Part shown: one piece after another, positions 34,401-41,877 of the stretch
Position numbering within the stretch: position 1 is the stretch's first letter
Layout of the letters: each line of letters begins with the position of its first letter
NCBI GenBank assembly: GCA_964396245.1
Contig: CAYNEO010000014.1
Location: 4,315 to 68,314 of the forward strand
Direction: 5' to 3'
DNA: 64,000 nt
Source: an uncultured Ignavibacteriales bacterium
GTDB taxonomy: Bacteria > Zixibacteria > MSB-5A5 > GN15 > FEB-12
Translations under genes and position numbers: made by a program
The notes under the pieces: generated by a model
Database searches by the model: none
Seen by the model: only the letters and a program-made list of their open reading frames with translations
What the model was told of the DNA's origin: nothing

Positions 34401-36154
34401 GAGTTGAGCACTTCTTCCGACGACACCATGACGCTGTCAACATACGTGCCCGGACCGACTCCGGTGGCATTGATATTGACCGTCACGTCGGAAGGCGTCG
34501 TGCCGGCCGAATCGGCAGTCAGCCCGATCCACGTGGACGCCGTGGTGGCGACAAACGCTACCGCGTATCCGCCCTGCTCGTCGACATTAAAGGTATTGGA
34601 GGGATAACTGACGTCTCCCTCGGAAATTTCAAACATCAGAGTGTCGGGCGTTATAGTCAAATACTTGCCCGGCTCATTCACTGTCAGCGTAACCGGCACC
34701 TTCAGATCTTCTTCCGCATCGACCGCTGCGATGAGAACGGTGTCCTCGTACACTCCCGCGGCGACGCCGGTCGGGTCAACGGTAACCAGGACCTTGCCCG
34801 GCGTGGTATCGTCGGTAACATTGACAGTCGTCCACGCCTGCGTGGCGGTAGCGGCGAATATGATTTCAAATCCGCCCTGCTCGGTCACTGTCAGGCTGTC
34901 GAGCAAAGCTGTTGTCGAGCCCTCGGTAGCCGTAAAAGACAGGCTCGTCGGGTCGACCTGAAGGAACTTGGGCGGTTCCACTATGGTGAATTCCACCGGT
35001 ACCTTTATCGACGCGGTCGGAGCCGCCGCACTGATGGTCACCGTATCCCGGTAAGTACCGGCGATAAGTCCGGTCGGGTCCGCCGAAACCTGGATACTGC
35101 CCGGGGTGGTGTTGTCGAGCAGGTTAACACTCAGCCACGCTTGCGCGGTCGTGGCGCTGAACGTAATCTCCGCTCCGCCCTGCTCGGTGACCGCGATCGT
35201 GTCAAGCAGTGGTCCGGTATCCCCCTGCGTGGCGTTGAAGGACAGGCTGGTCGGATCCGCAAGCAAAACCCTGGGACCCTCCACCACGAGCTGGACTTTT
35301 ACCCACTGCGGCGAATTGACCGCTTCTTCCGAAGAAACCATCACGGAATCGGTATATGCTCCTTCAGAAAGCCCCGTAATATTGACATTGACAGTTACAT
35401 CGCCCGGTGTTGTTCCCGTCGGGTTGGTCAGTGAAATCCAGGAGGAAGTCTCGGAAGCAGTATAGGCGATATTATCTGCCGATGCCTCGCTTACCGTGAA
35501 ATTCTGTGGGGCGGGATCAGCGTCCCCCTGGATTGCCGTAAAATCCAACTGTGATGGGGAGACCTCCAATTGCCCGGTCACCGGAACATAATCACAGTCA
35601 CGAATTTCAAGGTTTGAATTGACATAGGGCAAGTAAGATTCCAGATCTGGATAATCAATGAATTGCACTTTGACACCGGCGGAGTAAACCGTATCCTTGA
35701 CAAAAACGACGTCATTGACGCTCCAGTCCGAGAGGGTGAAGTTGTAAGTCGCCCAGAGACGGCGTTCCGGAGCCGGGGGAATACCGAATTTCCCCAGTCC
35801 AAAGGTGATACTCACAAACTGAAATCTGCGCTTCGCATTCGTGGAGTCCAGAGACGACCGATCATAAAAAAGAAGCTGGTCAAAGTTGTCCTTAGCCAGA
35901 CTGCTTGGCGTGGCTCCGGTCATGGTCATGTTTGGATTGCTCCATGTCCATCCGATGGAAGCCGCGAACACCTGGTTGGAGTCATTGAAGGCCCAAGCTT
36001 CAAGGACGACGTTGAAATCACTGCTCGATGCACACGGCGTGATGGTAGCCTCGAGCGCCATCGTATCCATGGCGCCCAGGTCGCCTGCCGCCGCGGCCGG
36101 CACTGCCAGTGCCGTCAGCAGGCCCATGAGGATTACGACTAGTTTTAGCTTCAT
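31469..36154 (-). CDS. giant secreted multi-domain protein with T9SS C-terminal sorting domain
   Basis: 1561 aa. RBS GGGAGG; signal peptide. Six tandem ~100-aa Ig/BACON-like repeats (aa ~194-812). Cohesin-like region (aa ~818-965), then a CarboxypepD_reg-like region. Two copies of the AYDPDGVLCG...FMPVY module. Two GWNLVS...GYW(I/V)KV repeats. CTD NYPNPFNPTT...GVYFYRLSTDKYTETRKMMLLK. Confidence 0.95.
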   Translation of the reverse strand: MKLKLVVILMGLLTALAVPAAAAGDLGAMDTMALEATITPCASSSDFNVVLEAWAFNDSNQVFAASIGWTWSNPNMTMTGATPSSLAKDNFDQLLFYDRSSLDSTNAKRRFQFVSITFGLGKFGIPPAPERRLWATYNFTLSDWSVNDVVFVKDTVYSAGVKVQFIDYPDLESYLPYVNSNLEIRDCDYVPVTGQLEVSPSQLDFTAIQGDADPAPQNFTVSEASADNIAYTASETSSWISLTNPTGTTPGDVTVNVNITGLSEGAYTDSVMVSSEEAVNSPQWVKVQLVVEGPRVLLADPTSLSFNATQGDTGPLLDTIAVTEQGGAEITFSATTAQAWLSVNLLDNTTPGSIQVSADPTGLIAGTYRDTVTISAAAPTASIKVPVEFTIVEPPKFLQVDPTSLSFTATEGSTTALLDSLTVTEQGGFEIIFAATATQAWTTVNVTDDTTPGKVLVTVDPTGVAAGVYEDTVLIAAVDAEEDLKVPVTLTVNEPGKYLTITPDTLMFEISEGDVSYPSNTFNVDEQGGYAVAFVATTASTWIGLTADSAGTTPSDVTVNINATGVGPGTYVDSVMVSSEEVLNSPQYAYVKLVILPCPSLVLSDTAATVEITAGETTNFTDTLEVTSSGPGEITFVMDADTNFAVSFSGDVTPATVIVGYDVQYDTPGEYQACITFSSAENAENTCFSSATYCLNIVVNEKPCVNVLVSDTLVNFTAIEGAEYLAPLFDSVMVYSSDSNENFAFTATKPIDAAWLSFGETGPFEGATPATVPLYVDPNGVAAGTYEAIVIVTSTDDIVCDPKFTQFTVHLQVFPAPSSDTVIVATEPAVPGMQVTVPVTFASSCELHGAGLQLNWTSGMVHLDSVSYAGSDIADFDHIVDINNDESYVMLSEQVGTSATPLLPGSGYNWANLHFTVSCDIGPGTVSFGLGAPLAVDPVFFDRDCGGGIEVKTPEFVAGAIVVDTSANYVCGWVVEPDGLGGFKSVEGAMVELYADFPYGEAIQQTSSGWAGNFAFADFTTIPFDLYAYKAGYYPGTVTNLNFGDKGVQIVLHPLAELTPTDQWVDYYCETNTLLGVPLPVGSIVEAYDPDGVLCGQQMVDEPGKYRFMPVYRDSAGSAIDEGATTDDIISFYVNGEEAMADGDVIYPPAYAQKQVCLSAGATITKTCDLAPGWNLVSWSVNTETDNILDVLGPYMDCIDVILGFERGGLTYDPDLQQFSTLWYVDHMSGYWIKVDTSCTDGITLELSGLPVLSNTPIPVTTGWNLVSYLPDYTLAPDAALESILGDVMIAYGFDAGIQIFVPGQTEFNKLEQMGPCFGYWVKVSADGDLIYPGQGPVVASHGVDRQAEAAAKLVRPDVTPTTSWVNVYSADLTLDGKAVMPGADIAAYSTEGKKIGGFTVMESGKFGFMPVYADDANNSGVTGLKRGDPFYLTVNGAETTERFTWTTNGDRIEVGALTSKTASDNTLPTTYSLAQNYPNPFNPTTNINFTMPVTAKATITVYNVLGKVVAVPFDGMATAGENVVTWNGRDMNGDQVASGVYFYRLSTDKYTETRKMMLLK
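33719..35575 (-). repeat. tandem array of six ~300-nt coding repeats (Ig/BACON-like domains)
   Basis: Repeat consensus visible in the protein: P(T/D)SL(S/M)F.A..G........(V/I)TEQGG..I.F.ATT...W........TTPG...V.(V/A)DPTG...G.Y.D.V.I. Units 1 and 4 share GTTP(G/S)DVTVN(V/I)N.TG...G.Y.DSVMVSSEE.(V/L)NSPQ. Confidence 0.7.
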
Positions 36155-36554
36155 CTCGAATAAAGCCTCCCGACAAAAAGTTAACGCTTATTGCTTAGTT
36201 TCAAATTGGACGTGCCGCACTGATCCGAAATTGACGACTGCCCTTGTCCGGGATATCCGTTCGCCGCCACCGCTGAATCCGCGGGGGCAAAGTAACCTGA
36301 CCGAACCGGGTGCCGGAACCGGGATACCACGTGCACTGTAAGCAGCGCCGGATAGTACTCTTCGTCAATCATGAATGCGTAAATTTTATTGCCTAGCCAG
36401 CTACGTTAGACCAAAAGAAGAAGGAAATCCTTGCAGTAGAACACACCCGGCAAGTATTCCCCTATCAACCACCTGAATATATCAAAATGCGCTTTAATGT
36501 CAAGGTTTTATGCCTCCTATTTATGCGCAACTTTTGCGCATATACCGCAGTTTT

Positions 36555-36986
36555 TCAGCCCTCCGGAGTCCCCTTCCGGCGATGTCTCAACCACATGAAA
36601 ACAATCACCAGGACCGACCCGAGAAGGTCGGTGGCGACATCGGCTACATCCGCCTGACGGCCCGGGATAAATCGCTGATGGTACTCATCAACCACGGCAA
36701 AAATCGATAGAAACAAGATTGACAGAAGCAAGGCCAAATTTACCCCGATTCCTTCCTTTAGACGCGAAAAAGACCGAAATGTAAGAAACCCGAACATTGC
36801 GTACTCGATAAAATGCGCCAGCTTGTCGACCGCGAAAAATCTCACCGACGGTGTCTTTAGATTGGGGACCGATGAAACCGCAATCACGGCGCCGGCATAG
36901 AGAATTACCGGAACATGATAGGTCAGCATGTTTCTCCAGAACCCCGAATTGGTATGCCGTGAGACCATAGAGCCATTCGGTACCAA
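36555..36986 (-). CDS. VanZ-like family membrane protein
   Basis: 143 aa. DKLAHFIEYAMFGFL and DEYHQRFIPGRQADVADVATDLLGSVLV are VanZ-family signatures. The start is uncertain: TTG 36986 or ATG 36968. Confidence 0.82.
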   Translation of the reverse strand: MVPNGSMVSRHTNSGFWRNMLTYHVPVILYAGAVIAVSSVPNLKTPSVRFFAVDKLAHFIEYAMFGFLTFRSFSRLKEGIGVNLALLLSILFLSIFAVVDEYHQRFIPGRQADVADVATDLLGSVLVIVFMWLRHRRKGTPEG

Positions 36987-37102
36987 AAAACGTTGAAATG
37001 GTCAATAACAAATTACTGCTCAATCCGCATAAGGTCTCCATTAGCGCCACGTTCAATTTTTAGTGGCATACTCTCGGCACCGGACCTACCTTAACGGCGA
37101 CC

Positions 37103-38125
37103 ATGGAGCCGTATTACATCTCATCACAAGTCAGTCCGTTTCGGAAACTGCAGATCGCCGTGTTGGCTGCCATGGCCATTGTCGCCGCCGGCACAATCGG
37201 GCTGATGTACCTCGAGAACATGCCGTTTCTCGACGCGCTCTACATGGTAATCATCACCCTCTCGACCGTCGGTTTTGGCGAGATCCGGGAACTGCATACC
37301 GACAGCCGCGTCTTCGTCATGTTCCTCATTGTCGTCGGCGTGTTGCTCGGTGGGTATCTCGTCACGATCGTGGGACAAATGGTGCTCGAGGGGCAGTTCC
37401 GGGAACTGGTTTCGAGGAGAAAGATGGAAAATCGAATAAAAAAACTGTCGGATCATTACATCATCGCCGGATTCGGTCGCGTCGGCCGACACGTGGCGCA
37501 GGAATTCCAGAAGAAAAACGTCAGGTTCGTTGTCGTGGAGAAAGAACCGGCCTCCATAAGCAGGCTGGTGTCCGACGGCTACCTGTTTGTGGAAGGTGAT
37601 GCCACCGACGAGGACATCCTGCGCCAGGTCAATATCGAGCAGGCACATACGCTCGTCTCCACCCTGCCCGAAGAGGCGCAGAATGTTTACCTGACTCTGA
37701 CTGCCCGCCAGATGAACAGCAAACTCAAAATTATCGCCCGTGCCGACTTCGAGGAAGGCGAGAAGAAACTTATCCGTGCCGGGGCGGATCATGTTGTCAT
37801 CCCGCACGTTATCGGGGGTATGCGGATGGCCATGGCCTCGCTACGGCCGAACGTTGTCGATTTCATGCAAATTGCCGCCGTCGGCGAGGAAGGACTCTCG
37901 CTCGAGGAAGTCGTCATCCCCGGCGAATCGAAACTTGTCGGCAAAACCGTCCTGCAGTCAAATCTGAAATCCGACTACGGCGTGACCATCATGGGCATCA
38001 AGCACGCCGGGGAGAGGATGACACTCAATCCGGAGCCGTCCACGGTGCTGAAAGCCGGCGACGTCATGATATTGATCGGGCACACCGATCAACTCGAGCA
38101 ACTGAACAAAACTCTCCGCCTGTAA
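37103..38125 (+). CDS. two-TM potassium channel with RCK (TrkA-N/TrkA-C) domains
   Basis: 340 aa. Pore/selectivity sequence TLSTVGFGE between two TM helices. Rossmann motif IIAGFGRVGRHV. C-terminal TrkA-C-like region (GKTVLQSNLKSDYGVTIMGI). Confidence 0.9.
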   Translation: MEPYYISSQVSPFRKLQIAVLAAMAIVAAGTIGLMYLENMPFLDALYMVIITLSTVGFGEIRELHTDSRVFVMFLIVVGVLLGGYLVTIVGQMVLEGQFRELVSRRKMENRIKKLSDHYIIAGFGRVGRHVAQEFQKKNVRFVVVEKEPASISRLVSDGYLFVEGDATDEDILRQVNIEQAHTLVSTLPEEAQNVYLTLTARQMNSKLKIIARADFEEGEKKLIRAGADHVVIPHVIGGMRMAMASLRPNVVDFMQIAAVGEEGLSLEEVVIPGESKLVGKTVLQSNLKSDYGVTIMGIKHAGERMTLNPEPSTVLKAGDVMILIGHTDQLEQLNKTLRL

Positions 38126-38256
38126 ATTCGGGGCTCCGGGTACCGGATCGCCGTATGTCGAGCATCAACGGGGGCACGGGGGATTTTTCGCAAACCCCCG
38201 TCTACCCGCAAGTGACTGTATGGCATCGACTTGGTTTTTAATAAGGGAAAAACGCC

Positions 38257-38285
38257 TTGCCAGACCGGAAACAGGTGGGTATTAT
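38257..38285 (+). promoter_or_regulatory. candidate sigma-70-type promoter with long leader ahead of the DAACS gene
   Basis: TTGCCA, 17-nt spacer, TATTAT, in an AT-rich patch. This would give a leader of about 175-215 nt before ATG 38466/38508. Confidence 0.5.
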
Positions 38286-38465
38286 AAAAAGTTATGTCAA
38301 AATATGGAGTAATCTAGGAATAACATGTGATGCCGCCTGCCCGACGGCGCGTTCCGGACCTGTTGCCTCACGCAACCGGACAGTCCGAGCGACAAAAACA
38401 TACGCGCCGCGCACGTAATGATATAACGCAGGAACGGCACACCAACCGGCTCTTCCCACAGCGGA

Positions 38466-40784
38466 ATGAAGGAAACAATACCGGAAGAGCCAAACACGTG
38501 GAATAGCATGAGCGGAAGAACAACAATCTTACTGCTGGCAGGAATGCTCGCCGGTATCGTTCTGGGATTTCTCCTCGGAACCTACGCGCCCGGCTTTATG
38601 CTCGCCATCAGCTTCATCGGTAAGCTGTTCATCGGCGCCCTGACCATCCTCGCCGCAGTACTCATCGTTGCCGGCCTCGTCGTCGGCATCACGCGCCTCG
38701 GAGACTATCGAAAGCTCGGGCGCTCCGGAAGCAAGTCGCTTCTGTATTTTGCAGTTACGGGGGTTATTGCGGTGATCCTCGGTATCGCCGCCGGTTATGT
38801 ATTCAATCCCGGGGGCGGATATGTGATCCCGGGAGGAGCCGAAAATCTCGGCGCCGTCGATGTCATCGGTCAGGGATACACCCTCTACAACACCGTACTC
38901 CCGGACAACGGCCTCAGCGGAATCGCGGGCGGGCAGTTCTTTGGTCTGATTGCCCTGGCCATAGCATTCGGCGTGGCCCTTCTTCTAATGGGGGCCAAAG
39001 CCCGGCCGGTCGTTACCTTCTTCTCCGGCGTGACATCGACCCTGGGTAACATGGCCACGGTCATGTTGTACGCGGCCCCCCTGGGTCTCTTTTCTCTCAT
39101 CGGGACGTCAGTCGCCGGCAAGCAATCGGACCTCGGCCAGGTGTTCACTGTCGCCGGCGGCTTTCCATTCGCCGTGATTATCGCGGTATTGGTTTATGGC
39201 GTCATCATCCTGCCGCTTGCCCTCAAGTTTTTCGGAAAGCGTCCCATTCTGAGCTATCTCGCGAGCCTCGCACCGGCCGTGACGGCCGGCTTCGGAACAG
39301 CATCGTCGACCAGCGCCATCCCGTACACTTATGAAGGCGTCGTCCATCGGCAGAATGTCGACCAGCGGGCCGGCAGCCTGGTCCTGCCGCTCGGTACCAT
39401 TGTCAATTTCGGTCCCACCGCCATGATTGTCGTGCTGGGCGGTATGTTCCTCGGTCAGGCCATGGGCATGCCGCTCGGTTTTGGAAGCGTCCTGCTTCTG
39501 GCCCTGCTGGCCATCCTGCTTTCGCTGGGCCTGGCCGGCATCCCGGGCGTTATCACGCCCCTTCTCTATATGACACTGGGGCTGGTCGGCACCTCCGAAG
39601 GGTTGTATGCCGGTATCATTATCGTTGTCGCCGCCGACTGGCTAATCGACCGCGTTCGCGGAGCGGCAAATACCTGGGGTGATGCCGTCGGCGCGGCCGT
39701 AATCGGGGAAACGTTCGAATTCAAGACGGCGACCCGGGCTCCCGCGCGGGAAGAAAGACGGCCAACACGACCGATTCGTAAAGGACGAGAAAAGCGGCCG
39801 CCGACATCAGACCGTAAACCGGACCGGACTGATAAGCGCCGTCCCGACCGTCGCAGCGGCTCCCGTGAAAGGACCGACCGCCCTTCGTGGACCGACCGCA
39901 GAGACTCTGACCGTCGATCCGGCGGCCGGACGGACCGGGCGGACCGGCCGGACCGGTCCGGCAGCAAGCCACGACAGCCGGACACGGGTCGCCAGCGCGA
40001 AACAGGCAAGTCACCTTTCCAGGTAACCAGCAGCACCCCGCCCGCACTCGACGTTGAATCGGAGAAGCCGTCTGAACCGATGACCCGGTTCGACCAGAAA
40101 AAATCGGCTCCCCAGAGAACATCGCCGCCGGCTCCTTCGCCGCGCCCCAAAGAAGCGCCGGAGAAGCCGCCTCAGGAAAGAGCCCGGCTGAGCCGCGAGA
40201 AGGCAGAAGAAGAGCTGGCCCGGGTGTCGGCCCAGCTCCGGTCACGTCGTGAGACCGCCGGACCTGAACCAAAACCGGAGCGGCACGAAACGGCTGAGGA
40301 AGCCCCGCAGGAAAATCACTTCCATCCTGAAACCTCCGTTACGCCGGATGAAAGCCCCTCGGAAGACGCCACCGGAGTGACGGCCAGAACCGAACAGCCG
40401 TCAACCGAAACCGAGCCGCGAAGAATCGAAATGGAAACTCCGCCGGAAGCCGACCGGGAACAGGCTTCGTCCGAGGCTGAAATCTCCGAAGAGGAAGAGC
40501 CGGCTGAAGAGGAGATCGCCCGGGTCTCAGCCGAGGAGGAAGAACAGCCTGCCGAGACCGAGACGGTGGAGTACCTCGAAGAGTCGGAAGAAGAGGCCGA
40601 AGAAGAGGAAGAACCTGAGGAGGAAGAGGAGCCCGAAATTCATTACGGGCGGACCAAATCCCGTCGGCGGACGCCTCATCCGAGCAATGAGGAAACCGAG
40701 AACGAGGGAGACTCCGAGGCCGAGGACGGCTTCTCGAAAGAGGGCATATCGTTCGGGCGCGGGAAGCGAAAACGAACGAGGTAG
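38466..40784 (+). CDS. dicarboxylate/amino acid:cation symporter (DAACS) fused to a ~350-aa charged low-complexity tail
   Basis: 772 aa. The first ~420 aa are a polytopic DAACS-like core (GFGTASSTSAIPYT, LPLGTIVNFGPTA, AADWLIDRVRGAANTWGDA). From ~39726 the same frame continues without a stop through R/D/P/T-rich and then E-rich sequence. ATG 38508 (MSGRTTILLLAGML) is an alternative start. Confidence 0.88.
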   Translation: MKETIPEEPNTWNSMSGRTTILLLAGMLAGIVLGFLLGTYAPGFMLAISFIGKLFIGALTILAAVLIVAGLVVGITRLGDYRKLGRSGSKSLLYFAVTGVIAVILGIAAGYVFNPGGGYVIPGGAENLGAVDVIGQGYTLYNTVLPDNGLSGIAGGQFFGLIALAIAFGVALLLMGAKARPVVTFFSGVTSTLGNMATVMLYAAPLGLFSLIGTSVAGKQSDLGQVFTVAGGFPFAVIIAVLVYGVIILPLALKFFGKRPILSYLASLAPAVTAGFGTASSTSAIPYTYEGVVHRQNVDQRAGSLVLPLGTIVNFGPTAMIVVLGGMFLGQAMGMPLGFGSVLLLALLAILLSLGLAGIPGVITPLLYMTLGLVGTSEGLYAGIIIVVAADWLIDRVRGAANTWGDAVGAAVIGETFEFKTATRAPAREERRPTRPIRKGREKRPPTSDRKPDRTDKRRPDRRSGSRERTDRPSWTDRRDSDRRSGGRTDRADRPDRSGSKPRQPDTGRQRETGKSPFQVTSSTPPALDVESEKPSEPMTRFDQKKSAPQRTSPPAPSPRPKEAPEKPPQERARLSREKAEEELARVSAQLRSRRETAGPEPKPERHETAEEAPQENHFHPETSVTPDESPSEDATGVTARTEQPSTETEPRRIEMETPPEADREQASSEAEISEEEEPAEEEIARVSAEEEEQPAETETVEYLEESEEEAEEEEEPEEEEEPEIHYGRTKSRRRTPHPSNEETENEGDSEAEDGFSKEGISFGRGKRKRTR

Positions 40785-40947
40785 CCGCCGCAAAAGAATC
40801 TTCACCAAGGAGCCGGACCAGGTCCGGCTCCTTTTATTTAACCCCGTGTCGCGGAACTTTTTGGCCTCTCTTACGATATACGCAGTAGGAAAATTGTTTG
40901 ACCGGGGCAGGGTCAACGCTTTTAATTGATAACGAGGTGGTAATAAT

Positions 40948-41808
40948 ATGAATTCTCTTAAAGTTTTTCTGCTGATGGTGGCCCTGCTGGCCCTCTTCAT
41001 GTGGGTCGGCTACATGTTCGGCGGCACCAACGGCATGATCATCGCCTTTGCCATCGCTACGATAATGAACCTGGTCACCTACTGGTACTCCGACAAGATG
41101 GTCCTCAAAATGTACCGTGGACGACAGGTCACCGAAGCCGATCACCCGCGCCTGTATCGGATCGTTAAAAACGTCGCGACCAAGGCCATGCTCCCGATGC
41201 CGAAAGTGTATATCATTCCGACCCAGGGACCGAATGCTTTTGCGACCGGCCGTAATGCCGAGCACGCCGCCGTCGCCGCAACCGAGGGAATCCTCGAGTT
41301 GCTTGGCGACGACGAACTCGAAGGCGTCATCGGTCACGAAATGGCTCACATCCAGAACAGGGACATGCTCGTAGGCACTATCGCAGCTACGTTCGTGGGT
41401 GCTATCGGTATTCTGGCGTCGATCGCAAGATGGGGCGCAATCTTTGGCGGGTACAGCCGCGACAATGATCGCGGCGGGCTGTTCGGTCTCCTGGCGATCG
41501 CGATAGTGGCCCCGATCATGGGCATGGTGCTCCAGGCGGCAATATCACGCCAGCGAGAATTCAAAGCCGACGCCGAAGGGGGACGGATCACCGGCAAGTA
41601 TCTCGCGCTGGCTTCCGCCCTCCAGAAACTGCATCGCTCGCCGGTGCGGATGAACCTCGACAAGCACCCGGCCACGGCCAACCTGATGATAGCGAACCCG
41701 ATTTCCGGACGCGGCCTCACGTCGCTGTTTTCCACCCACCCGCCGGTCGAGAAGCGAATTGAGCGCCTGCGGGCCATGGCGCAGCAAGGGGTGTATCAGA
41801 GTTACTGA
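40948..41808 (+). CDS. htpX: zinc metalloprotease HtpX (M48 family)
   Basis: 286 aa. HExxH in GVIGHEMAHIQNRD. Four TM helices. C-terminal FSTHPPVEKRIERL. RBS GAGGTG. Confidence 0.95.
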   Translation: MNSLKVFLLMVALLALFMWVGYMFGGTNGMIIAFAIATIMNLVTYWYSDKMVLKMYRGRQVTEADHPRLYRIVKNVATKAMLPMPKVYIIPTQGPNAFATGRNAEHAAVAATEGILELLGDDELEGVIGHEMAHIQNRDMLVGTIAATFVGAIGILASIARWGAIFGGYSRDNDRGGLFGLLAIAIVAPIMGMVLQAAISRQREFKADAEGGRITGKYLALASALQKLHRSPVRMNLDKHPATANLMIANPISGRGLTSLFSTHPPVEKRIERLRAMAQQGVYQSY

Positions 41809-41877
41809 TGAATATCGCCGATAGCGAGCCGGGCGGTCAACCCGGGCCTGTCAAAGTCATAGAGGCTGCTGAACACC

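Noticed and set aside
32966-35434. 822-aa +strand ORF, the second-longest ORF in this region
   Set aside because: It is antisense to the 1561-aa T9SS cargo gene, which has a signal peptide, an RBS, repeats and a CTD. Its translation is extremely R/G/D-rich and has no motifs. The smaller +ORFs at 33741..34142, 34641..34961, 35106..35465 and 35663..36341 are rejected for the same reason.
36522-36542. Inverted repeat TATGCGCAA-ctt-TTGCGCATA just past the VanZ stop
   Set aside because: The hairpin is real, but it has no U-tract on the VanZ strand and sits in an AT-rich promoter-like region. The evidence is insufficient to call it a terminator or an operator.
38297-38509. 70-aa minus-strand ORF in the transporter leader
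   Set aside because: It has no RBS and an odd composition. It overlaps the transporter start and the predicted promoter/leader.
39860-39970. GGACCG-rich reiterated DNA (cggaccgaccg..., ggaccgggcggaccggccggaccggtccgg) that could look like a tandem repeat or array
   Set aside because: It lies in frame within the transporter's open reading frame and encodes the RD/RT/RP-rich tail. There is no unit/spacer periodicity of the CRISPR type.
39566-40272. Minus-strand ORFs of 194 and 183 aa under the transporter tail
   Set aside because: They are shadow frames of the low-complexity tail, extremely R/G/S/P-rich, with no start-site support.
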